DNA of 64,000 nucleotides from Eledone cirrhosa (Eukaryota): NCBI GenBank assembly GCA_964016885.1, contig OZ024740.1, positions 431,024,001 to 431,088,000 of the forward strand, read 5' to 3'. Shown piece by piece: positions 51,873 to 62,511 of this stretch (position 1 is its first letter; each line of letters starts with the position of its first letter). The notes under the pieces were generated by a model. It saw only the letters and a program-made list of their open reading frames with translations, ran no database searches and was not told where the DNA came from. The position numbers and the translations under genes were made by a program.

Positions 51873-54800
51873 ATGGCTGATATAAGAGTTGGGTGTCTAA
51901 ATGTACGCGGCCTGGGACTGTCTTGGAAACAAGGCAAACTTTTAAACGATCTCAGGTCGCATAGAATGGATGTAATGGCTATTTGCGAGTCCAGGATCAG
52001 CAGCGAGCACCAACTGGCGCCCCTCTTCGACGACTTTGAGATCTTCGCATCTCTCTGTCAACCGGGGGGTGGGGGTGGAGTTGTCGTTCTGCTGCGAAAA
52101 CACCTGGGCCTCGCCATACAGAAGGTGCACCTGGACCCGGAGGGTCGACTGGTGGTTTTAGACGTCGGCAGTAGTGAAAGTGGAGCCCTTAGACTAATAG
52201 CTGTGTACGCCACTTTTTGGGCAGCACGGCCGGAATACTTCCAACGTCTGGAAACTTTTCTGGGAACGTCCCGCTCCTTGCTTTTAGTGGGGGACTGGAA
52301 TGGTATCCTGGATGCACGTTGGGACTATGTAGGGGCATGTGCCAATAGAGGGGGGTGTAAAAGCCTCAAAAGGTTAATCGGCCGATTTGACCTGGCCGAT
52401 AGATATCGACTAGATTTTCCGACTGTACCACTATGGACGTGGACCAATCGCAGCGGAACATCTAGGTCGTACCTAGATAGGGTCCTAGTTAGAGAGAAGG
52501 ATAGGGACACATTTAGCTGTCCAAAAATGTTCATGGTTGACTATTCGGATCACAAGTTAGTGACCTGCATAGCCAACCTTGATAGAACCCATAGACAGGG
52601 ACCCGGTTACTGGAAGCTGAACTTGTCCTTCCCGAGAAGCAAAGCTTACAGTAAACGGATTAGCACGTTAGTTAAGCAGAGTTTGACAGGGGCAATTGTC
52701 AACAACAGGTGGTGGAGCTCTCTTAAGAGAGCAATTAGAATAGAATCGATAGGTTTTAGTCAGGAATTAGCAAGGGATAGGAACAAGACGGAAAGGGAAT
52801 TAGTAGATAGAGTAGAAGAGGCGATTAGGAGTGGCAATGTAGCCGGCGTGCTGGCATCAAGAATGGCCTTAGACCAGTTCTTTGAGGTGAAGCATGAAGG
52901 CTGCGTTGTCAGGAGTAAAATACGTGCTCTGGGTAATGAGGGAGCCAAAGCTGTGAGCTGGGCCCGAGTGACAGAGGCAAAAAGTGGGAACAAGTCCACG
53001 ATTCGGTCTTTGAAGGACCAGGATGGGCGTGTGATCCTTGAACCTGGGCAGATGTGTGCGGCCTTTCAGCGGCGCTTTGCCTGACTGTTCGAGAGGGGCG
53101 GCGCGCCGGGTGAGACTATGGATTTCAATCCATACCTCGACGGTCTGCCGCGCCTCTCGGACGCGGGGGCGAAGTCCTGTGAAAGGACGATTTCAGCTGC
53201 TGAGATAGGGGCGGCGCTGAGCCAATGCGGCAAACGCAAATCCCCGGGTCTCGATGGTCTACCATACGAGCTATATGTAGCGATGCCGGACTTGTTCTCC
53301 GATATCCTCGAAGCGGTCTACTGCAACTGGCAGCAGAACGGGAGAATTCCCAGTTCTGTGACCAAGGGCGTAGTTACGCTGGTGAGGAAGGATGAGAACA
53401 AGGGGGATGACATAAGTAACTTCAGGCCCATAACTCTGCTAAATACAGAGTTAAAGATTTTGGCCAAGGTGTTAGCGAAGAGGTTGGCGCTTGTCGTTGG
53501 AAACCTGGTGGGAGAAGCGCAGACATGCGCAATCCCGTCCAGGTCCATTCACGACAATCTCCACCTTATGCGATACATCATAGAGATGGTAGGGAATGAA
53601 CCCGGCTTTGGTGGGGCCCTGATCAACTTGGATCAATCTAAAGCATTCGATAGGGTTGACCATCGTTACCTGGATGCGGTGCTCGCGGCGGCAGGCTTCG
53701 GACCCGTTTTCAGGGGTTGGATTGCTGCGATGTACAGCAGCAACGTCTGCTCAAGGGTCAAGGTAAACGGCCACCTCTCGGAGCCGTTCCAAATCATGCG
53801 ATCCATCCGACAGGGATGCCCTCTCTCCTCCCTACTGTATGTGCTGGCTCTTGAGCCACTACTGCGGAAGTTGGAGCGGTTGCAGGGCATCCCTTTGGAA
53901 CCGGGATTGCAGAAAGCGGCATCGGCCTACGCCGATGACGTGACAGTAATGGTGTCGAAAACCTCGCAAATCGGTGAGATCGGCACCTTACTGGAGGAAT
54001 ATGAAAGGTTTACAGGAGCCAAGCTGAACCGGGACAAGTCCGTCGGTTTGCAACTCGGAACATGGAGAGGCAAATCGATGCCCTCCAACGACGTCGTCGG
54101 ACGCTGGACAGAGGGCCCGGTGAAGCTGCTTGGGGTCTGGTTCGGACCAGACCTCCAGGTGGAGAAAAACTGGAACGAGGTAACGGCCAGGGTGTTTGCA
54201 CTCACCCAGAAGTGGGCCCAGTGCAAACTATCCCTGAAAGGTCGAGCGGAGGTGGCGAATACTTATATAGCATCCGTCATCTATTACCGCTTGACCGTCG
54301 TGCCTTGCCCAGTGAAAAGACTCGCCAAAATGGAGTGCGCGCTGTTCCAATTTCTTTGGAACAAGCGGACCCCTTTGGTGAGGAGATCCATCTGCTGTCA
54401 ACACCCTTCGAAAGGAGGGCTGGGGATGCCGTGGCTACAGATGCGTAAACACGCACTAAGGCTACGGCACCTCCAGGTATTCCTCACCGGTCAACCGGTG
54501 TGGGCCCCGTTTGTGAGGCGAGCCTTTCCCAGACTCGTCTCACTCACCGAGCTGCAATCCTGGGTCAAGCAAAGACCGAGAAAAGTGGGCGACTGGCACA
54601 TTGAATGTGCCCAGGCGCTCACGGCCCTCTGGAAAGCGGACCCGGCAATCAGTGGAGACTCCACCTCGACATTCTATAGAGGGTTGGTACGCAGCAGGTG
54701 CGACGATGCTCTCGGAGAAGCTCTAGGCATGGAGGAAGATGAACTGGCCAGTCTGTTCGGTAGGACGTTTGGCCCTGGACCGATGGACAACTTCCAAAAG

Positions 54801-55310
54801 TCCCTGGCTTGGCAGTGCTACCGAGGGGCTCTACCCGTTCGAGACAAGCTCCACAGGCATGGGAGCCTGGGTAGAGATCCTTTGAATAAGATCTGTCCGA
54901 GATGCGTGCATGATGACGAAGCCGTTGCGCACGCATTCGTACACTGCCCAGGCATTGCTGATCTGTGGGGCTATGTGGAACGACTACTGTCGAGGGTGGG
55001 ACCAATCCGGTTGACCACCGAGTCCATTGTCACGATCAAACCGCCTCCCCCTTTCAAAAACGAAGGAGAGGCGGTTTTTCTCTGTGTGATAGCCATGGCT
55101 AAAGAAGTTGTATGGTGGACGAGGCTGAAAGGGCTGAAGTCAGACACCTTTCTCTCCGGCCAACAACTGGTCCTCTTTTTCAAATACCATTTTAAAAGAA
55201 GGATCAGAATGGAGAGAGAGGTGCTCTACCCCAGCAAGTTTTATGAAAGGTGGGTGAAAGTAGGGAGAATGGCCAGAGTGAATGGGTCTTCTCTCTATAT
55301 CAGCCTGTAG
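51873..55310 (+). pseudogene. Tx1 ORF2 (APE endonuclease, reverse transcriptase, C-terminal zinc finger), one in-frame TGA at 53082-53084
   Basis: EN motifs LNVRG, GDWN, YLDR, SDH; GPGYWKLN; RT motifs KSPGLDG, FRPITLLN, KAFDRVDH, QGCPLS, YADD; GGLG; CPRC..H..HC. The two track ORFs share one frame. Confidence 0.95.
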
Positions 55311-55546
55311 GTGAAAGAAGAGGAAAAAGAGGAGACGAGGGAAGCACCTACTCTTTGTGCTCCTGAGGAGAAGGGTTGCACATTTTTTCCGGGGTGTGTG
55401 CGACCCATGTTAATGCCCCTCCCTATTGAGGACTTCGTTTGTTGTTGTTATTTCATTGTTATATTTTTGTACTCGTTAATTATATGTAAACTTCCCCCCT
55501 TGTATCTGTCCCTACCTTTTGTGCCCTAGTGGCAAATAAAGAAACC

Positions 55547-55665
55547 ACTCTATATATACTATTGTATTTTCACAGTAAAGGCTTTACCCCACATAATATC
55601 TCACATAACATTTACATTACTCTATATATACTATTGTATTTTCACATAATTATCTCACATAATAT
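55547..55665. repeat. Remainder of the 72-bp array (about 1.5 units) downstream of the LINE
   Basis: Resumes at ACTCTATATATACTATTG. Confidence 0.93.
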
Positions 55666-56569
55666 CGAATCTATGAGATTTTGATATTATTTATTTTGAG
55701 AACAATACCTTAATATCAGTATGAGTGGCCAGTTAGGGCTGGTTTGAACAGAAAGAGGTGAGAGAATTCTGGCCAGATATGGCTGGTTTAAATGCTAAAG
55801 GGTTAAACTAGATGAGCTATTAAGTCTGCCACTCAAATAAGCTACAACAGGATTTGAACTTGTGTTGTGAATAGTTGAAGGCATCTCATCTAACATTCTA
55901 AAAATGAATAACTATACAATAGAGCTTTATTTGATCTGCAAAGAATGAAATATGATATTTCCTTTGGGGGTATTTGAACTTAGAATGCTGAGAGCTGGAA
56001 TAAATATGCAAGGAATCTTGTCCTATGTCTTCACAACTACCACTTCACTGATTTAAAGCCATAATATTTCTGATCAATGAAGAAATACAAGTATTGTTTC
56101 ATGATTTGTGCCATTATCATTAGTTCTTTAGATTGTTTTAAAGTGTCATTGCCAAGGCTAAGACATTACATTTTCACTTGCATGCAATCTTATCAAACCA
56201 GTACAAACCTGTGATTCTTAAATCACGAGGCATTTACCGGAATGTAATCACATGTCATTTTTTACACGTTTTTCAAGGGAAATTATCATATTTTCACAAG
56301 AAAAAATCTTAAAGAGGAAACAATGCTTATTTGTAATAACAACGACAACAACAGCAGCAACAACAACATCAACAACAACAATAATAATAATATGTTATAA
56401 TGACTAAATTGAGCTCTGAATTCCAAGGAACTCAACCTTTAAAGCAAAAGTGACTGACTTTTGATTATTCCTGTTTAGCAAGTTTGTCATCCGTGAGAAT
56501 AAAGAACAACGAGGCTTTGATTTTGATTTCCGAAAGGTTTTATTTTTTTTACTTTAAGGTGTGAAAACA

Positions 56570-56580
56570 ATGAAATATCC
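56570..56580 (+). CDS. Candidate first coding exon (MKYP) of the Cys-rich secreted protein
   Basis: AAACA|ATG context, donor GTGAGA, phase 2 fits the next exon. Confidence 0.4.
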
Positions 56581-56781
56581 GTGAGAAAAAGTCACCATTG
56601 AAATATTTGTAAGATAATGAACAATAGCTAATTAATTATTCCATTCCAGTGTAATACACTATATATAGAGAGATGTAGTTATAACATTGCCATTAAGACA
56701 ACTGCTGTGCCAGTGTTCAACTGTTGCTAGATACCTGGGGATATTATATTGAAAAATCAACATGAATTCTTACATTTTCAG

Positions 56782-56819
56782 TTTGGTTCTTGTCTGCACA
56801 CAAATCAATGCTATTTCAG
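56782..56819 (+). CDS. Exon: signal-peptide portion LVLVCTQINAIS
   Basis: TTTTCAG acceptor, CAG|GTAGGA donor, ends phase 1. Confidence 0.6.
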
Positions 56820-57015
56820 GTAGGAATTTTTTTTTTTTTTTCTTTTAATGAAAGAATATTTATTAACCTTTATAGATTTATTTCATTGATTTCTTTTTTC
56901 AATTTTAAATATTGAAAAAAATTATAAAACATAGAGAACATGGTTAAAGATTCTTGTGAACTTTATGGTGTCCATGTAAAAGAAATTATTATTTGAAGGG
57001 GAAGAGAAATGAGAG

Positions 57016-57096
57016 CTTCTTCTTCTTCTTCTTCTTCTTCTTCTTCTTCTTCTTCTTCTTCTTCTTCTTCTTCTTCTTCTTCTTCTTCTTCTTCTT
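57016..57096. repeat. (CTT)n microsatellite
   Basis: Seen directly. Confidence 0.97.
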
Positions 57097-57215
57097 GCTT
57101 TCTATGTTAGAGACAATTGTTGTTTTGTTCATTTTATTACAGTGGAATTTATTTAAAAAACACAAATAAATGAAAGATTTATAGATATCACATGTGTATC
57201 TTGGTTTTTCGAATA

Positions 57216-57362
57216 GGTACCACGTATCCCTACATGTTATAAGAGGCACCACATATCCCTACATGTTATAAGAGACACCACATATCCCTACATGTTATAA
57301 GAGGTACCACGTATCCCTATATGTTATAAGAGGTACCACATATCCCCACATGTTATAAGAGG
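57216..57362. repeat. 29-bp tandem repeat x5 (GGTACCACATATCCCTACATGTTATAAGA)
   Basis: Seen directly. Confidence 0.9.
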
Positions 57363-58222
57363 CAACTCAGTAACTTGATGTCAGGAGAAGTCTAAAACAT
57401 GGCCTGAAATGGACTTGTCCAACCCATGGCAGTATGGAGGAGCCAATATAAAAACAATGATAAGGATAGTTAAAATCCCATTTAAACTATAAAAGACTCT
57501 AATTTCTGTAAATAACAGAGAATATGGGATATATTTTAATGTTAGTTAATATAAATTATATTATATTTCTTGGGTTGGATCACATCATATTTCAACTGTC
57601 AGCTAGAACTAACCTCCACCATAATGTAATCTAAAAAAGTCTTTAATATCAATGAGTTATGATTTACTGTTCACTTTCCTGACATTTGTACATTATTCTA
57701 TGTACTATACATGCACCTTTGATGAGTTGTAGTGCACCTGAGTACTGTACACAATAATAATCATTATTATTTTTATTATTTAATAATGAAGTAGATAAAG
57801 CTTTACACTGGTATTCATACTCACATGAGAGTCTTAGTTACAGTCCACTACTCTCAACATCACATATTTTGTTATCCATAGTTTCTTCTGCACAACCTAC
57901 CTCCTACCAACAACTAACATGTAACTATCATTCTACCTTTTCTTCCCCTACCATAATCTTTCCCACTTTTACACCCATATTCATACTCCCTCTTCATTTA
58001 ACTTCCTCCTCAACATTTCACTTTTAAGCACCTTTGCTTTGAAAAAATGGGGATGACATAGAGTGGAGGGACTCCTTTTGTCATTTAAGGGCAAAGCAAA
58101 CTCTTTAGTGTTGGTGCTACAATACACACAGTACACTCGGTTGAGGATTAAACAGGGACACAGTAGATTAAAGGGGAGTTTTTGTCTTGTCATTGAGCCT
58201 CTTCCTTCACTCATTCTTCCCC

Positions 58223-58290
58223 TTAACCCTTTAGCAATTACATTACTCTATATATACTATTGTATTTTCACAGTAAAGGCTTTACCTCAC
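58223..58290 (+). mobile_element. Solo left end of the TTAA element with a single unamplified monomer
   Basis: TTAACCCTTTAGCAATTACATTACTCTATATATACTATTGTATTTTCACAGTAAAGGCTTTACCTCAC matches 47639-47706. Confidence 0.9.
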
Positions 58291-58368
58291 CTAATCATCT
58301 CCAGCAGGTCCTGTCCTTAACTAAAATTATCTGAAATCCATAATAAATAAACTTATCTTATATTTCAG

Positions 58369-58485
58369 CATTTGTCCTTCCCCCAAATGATGTCTCTACT
58401 GCCAGTGTACCTCTGATAATGCCCACATTTAGAAGTGAACAAATTTTACAACTTAATTTCAACACAGATCCTTTCCAAACAATAG
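58369..58485 (+). CDS. Exon (AFVLPPNDVSTASVPLIMPTFRSEQILQLNFNTDPFQTI)
   Basis: TATTTCAG acceptor, AG|GTAAGT donor, 117 bp, phase 1-1, open. Confidence 0.75.
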
Positions 58486-58611
58486 GTAAGTTGATTGACT
58501 GATTTATCAATCTATTGATATATTGATTTATTGATTTATTATATTTGGTGGTGGTGGTGGTGGTGGTTGTGGTAGTGTTGCTGGTGGTGGTGATTGTAAT
58601 GATGATGGTGG

Positions 58612-59382
58612 TAGACCACCAGATAGACTACCAGATAGACCATCATATAGACCACCAGATAGACCACCAGATAGACTACCAGATAGACCATCAGATAGAC
58701 CACCAGATAGACCACCAGATAGACCACCAGATAGACTACCAGATAGACCATCAGATAGACCACCAGATAGACCACCAGATAGACCACCAGATAGACTACC
58801 AGATAGACCATCAGATAGACCACCAGATAGACCATCATATAGACCACCAGATAGACCACCAGATAGACTACCAGATAGACCATCAGATAGACCACCAGAT
58901 AGACCATCAGATAGACCACCAGATAGACCACCAGATAGACTACCAGATAGACCACCAGATAGACTACCAGATAGACCATCAGATAGACCACCAGATAGAC
59001 CACCAGATAGACCACCAGATAGACTACCAGATAGACCATCAGATAGACCACCAGATAGACCATCATATAGACCACCAGATAGACCACCAGATAGACTACC
59101 AGATAGACCATCAGATAGACCACCAGATAGACCATCAGATAGACCACCAGATAGACCACCAGATAGACTACCAGATAGACCACCAGATAGACCACCAGAT
59201 AGACCACCAGATAGACTACCAGATAGACTACCAGATAGACCATCAGATAGACCACCAGATAGACCACCAGATAGACCACCAGATAGACCACCAGATAGAC
59301 CACCAGATAGACCACCAGATAGACTACCAGATAGACCATCATATAGACCACCAGATAGACCACCAGATAGACCACCAGATAG
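58612..59382. repeat. 12-bp minisatellite (ACCACCAGATAG), preceded by a (GGT)n tract at 58546-58611
   Basis: Seen directly; intronic. Confidence 0.96.
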
Positions 59383-59385
59383 ATG

Positions 59386-59420
<35 letters not shown>

Positions 59421-59608
59421 ATTAGTCGTTTTAGAAACCTCAATAATGCAGATGGATTGAGGCTTCCAAAACGACTATTTTTATTATTCCCCAATACTTG
59501 AAGCAAACTTCAACACTCTCTTATATACCATGGTGTATTGTGAATCATAAATTTAAGATTTTGTGTGAGACTCTCAACTGTAAAATTCTATTTCTCTTTC
59601 CTCTTTAG

Positions 59609-59689
59609 ACAGTATAAATGCCACATGCCCAAGTGTACGACCACGGAATGCAACCCAAAAATGTAATGATACCAAGCAATGCCCAATAG
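59609..59689 (+). CDS. Exon (DSINATCPSVRPRNATQKCNDTKQCPI), first half of a WAP-like segment
   Basis: Polypyrimidine+TAG acceptor, AG|GTTTGT donor, 81 bp, phase 1-1. Confidence 0.8.
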
Positions 59690-59844
59690 GTTTGTACCAC
59701 GTTTTATACATGTGTCTAGCAGCTCATCTGTTTGATGGTTCTTATATTAATGAGGGCATCAGGAGGGGCATCTGGCTGTAGACTACTGCCCCCAATGTCT
59801 CATCCAAGCCATACATACCCATATGGGATGTATAGCCAAGAGTT

Positions 59845-60030
59845 TCTAATTTAAGCACAAGGCCAACAATTATCCCAGTGTATTACTGGTACTTTATTTT
59901 ATCGACCCCGTAAGGATGAAAGGCAAAGTTAACCTCGGCGGGATTTGAACTCAGACCATAAAGGGTCGTAACTCTATGCTGCAAAGCATGGCGTCCGACC
60001 CTCTACCCATACTGCCAATCCACCACCCTC
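59845..60030 (-). mobile_element. tRNA-derived SINE, intronic
   Basis: Same family as 42194-42587. Confidence 0.87.
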
Positions 60031-60304
60031 TTTACTTATATAATGCTTCTAACCCATGCAAGCATGTAAAATGAACGTTAAACGATGATGATGATAATGA
60101 TGGTGATGATGATGATGGTGATGATGGTGATGATGGTGATGATGATCATTATCATGATGATGATAATGAATGCATATAAAGAATTGTTTGGGCTTTGTAT
60201 CATTTAAAAACATTATATATCATAGCAGCTGTCTTTTAAGGGTTTTCACCCTATTTTATAACCAATTTATATCATCTCTGTCCTTGAGTCCATCATCCTT
60301 TATA

Positions 60305-60355
<51 letters not shown>

Positions 60356-60638
60356 AATTCAGGGTCCTGAATTTTTTTCATATTACCCACTCTACTACCC
60401 CGAGTATCGAGTACTCACCAGAGTACTCGATACTCAAAGCTAAAGGGCTTTCAAATATTTATTTGTTAACATACAATATATCATTAGATATACAAAATTC
60501 ACATATTTATATGTATACAGCTATGTCGCAGCGAAAACTTTAATATATTTTAGCGTTTACATGGATTTGAAATATATTTTCACTTTCATAAATATTTATT
60601 TATGATGAAATAACCATTTTTTTTTCCCATTCTTTCAG

Positions 60639-60683
60639 CTGAAAACTGTTGCCTCTTCCTTACAGAAAAATATTGTTGTCCAG
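60639..60683 (+). CDS. Exon (AENCCLFLTEKYCCP)
   Basis: TTCTTTCAG acceptor, CAG|GTAAGA donor, 45 bp, phase 1-1. Confidence 0.8.
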
Positions 60684-60832
60684 GTAAGAATTGTCCAAGT
60701 TTCTATATTTTTAAATATTTCTGTCATCTTAGAAATTCATCTCATATTTTGGAGTTATAAGATTCATTGGTGTAGCAGACATATTAATAAAATATTTTGA
60801 TTATAATTTTAATTTCCAATAATAATTTTAAT

Positions 60833-61245
60833 TTAATACACAAAAATTTTTTATTATACAAAGCATATAAATAAATTTACAGTAGAATAACATAACAAAT
60901 ATGTTTTAAATATTTACATAAATAACATTACAAATGCTTAGAAAATGTAAAGGAAGGGGTGAACAACCGAGCCAACACCAGAGCAAAAGACAGCAGCATG
61001 GCGAGGAATACTGGGCAACCTCTCTATTTGCTCTGGTGTTGGCTCAGTTGTTCACCCCTTCCTTTACATTTTCTTTAATATTGCAACATTAAAAGAATAT
61101 ATCCTTCTGAAAGAATCGTGAGAAATTTATGTTTTCTAAGCATTTGTAATGTTATTTATGTAAATATTTAAAACATATTTGTTATGTTATTCTACTGTAA
61201 ATTTATTTATATGCTTTGTATAATAAAAAAATGTTTGTGTATTAA
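60833..61245. repeat. Long intronic foldback (about 160-bp arms, one asymmetric bulge), MITE-like
   Basis: 60833-60945 pairs with 61132-61245; about 60940-60990 pairs with about 61025-61074; TTAA at both ends. Confidence 0.9.
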
Positions 61246-61310
61246 TAAAAAAAAAAAGAAAAAAAATGTTAATTTCTAATCTTTGTCTCTCTTATTTCTC
61301 TAATAACCAG

Positions 61311-61466
61311 ACCCTTACCATTGCTCCCACAATGGAATTAAAGTGGCCAGGGGTACTACCATTTTACTTGATGATCAGTGTACTGAATGTGATTGTCAGG
61401 GAAGTAATAGATACTTATGTATCAATAATGTCTGCAAAGGGAAGGCAAAACCTCTTCCAGCTACAA
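61311..61466 (+). CDS. Exon: first 6-Cys pacifastin/half-VWC module (DPYHCSHNG...QCTECDCQGSNRYLCINNVC)
   Basis: CCAG acceptor after a pyrimidine tract, A|GTAAGT donor, 156 bp, phase 1-1. Confidence 0.85.
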
Positions 61467-62049
61467 GTAAGTAGCCAGCGTGTTTTGTGTTCTATCTTTT
61501 CTTCTTCTTTTCTTTCTTCTTCACTTCATATTGAGGAATGACCACTAAAAAGGACATTTTATTCACAGTTGTATAAATAACATTACAAATTGTTTATAAT
61601 TCTTAGAGAATGAAAATATTAACACAAATAATAATATATATATACTTAATTACAAAACATTCCACATTAAAATATAAATTCAAAACAAAAGAAAATATAT
61701 TATAATCATGATGTTTCACATTAAAATAGAATTCGTGGAATATTATAAATATAACAAAATATACAATAGAAGCAAAAAAATATACTTTAATTCAACAGTG
61801 TGTCAATTAGTGACACACCACGAGAGGTCATCAGAACCTCATATTTTAGATATTGAAGACATTGGTTAATTCCTATCATGGTTCAGATACGTAAGACGAT
61901 CTCAGTACATTAAACTATCAAAATATTGAATAATTATTCAATATGGCTGACCCTTGCAGTTGTGAATTAAATTCACTCACAGTAAATATTGATAGCAATA
62001 TAAACTGTACAGGAGAGAGATAGAATAAAATGTCTTCATATTGATAGCA

Positions 62050-62410
62050 ATATACTACCAATCCACCAACCCACCAGCCTATACTACCAACCAACCAGGC
62101 TATACTACCAACCCACCAGGCTATACTACCAACCAACCAGGCTATACTACCAACCCACCAGCCTATACTACCAACCCACCAGCCTATACTACCAACCAGC
62201 CTATAGTACCAATCCACCAGCCTATACTACCAACCCACCAGCTTATACTTCCAACCAGCCTATACTACCAACCCACCAGCCTATACTACCAACTCACCAG
62301 CCTATACTACCAACCCACCAGCCTATACTACCAACCCACCAGCCTATACTTCCAATCCACCAGCCTATACTACCAACCCACCAGCTATACTACTAATCCA
62401 CCAGCCTATA
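62050..62410. repeat. 21-bp minisatellite (ACCAACCCACCAGCCTATACT)
   Basis: Seen directly; intronic. Confidence 0.92.
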
Positions 62411-62511
62411 TATAGTTACTTAGTTTAATAATAAAAATGTAATCTCTACACTTAAGTTTTCCAGAACTTTTATCCAAACTAAATTTTTGAAATAATTTTA
62501 ATTTTTTCCAG

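Larger units (their letters stand above)
49946..55546 (+). mobile_element. Full-length Tx1-clade (L1 group) non-LTR retrotransposon, about 5.6 kb
   Basis: 5' UTR with GACGTGTG motifs, ORF1 with CCHC knuckle, 21-nt spacer, ORF2 APE-RT-zinc finger, 3' UTR ending AATAAAGAAA; 72-bp array on both sides. Confidence 0.95.
47643..55802. mobile_element. TTAA-flanked non-autonomous DNA transposon (piggyBac-like ends), inflated by an internal tandem array and a LINE
   Basis: TTAA|CCCTTTAGCATTTA at 47639-47656 and TAAATGCTAAAGGG|TTAA at 55789-55806: perfect 14-bp TIR plus TTAA. Confidence 0.88.

Noticed and set aside
50288-55183. Antisense and alternative-frame ORFs inside the LINE
   Set aside because: Shadow ORFs of ORF1 and ORF2 with no recognisable motifs.
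56989-57252. Poly-Lys ORF
   Set aside because: (CTT)n microsatellite.
58539-59501. DHQI / VYLV repeat ORFs
   Set aside because: Intronic 12-bp minisatellite open on both strands, without splice signals.
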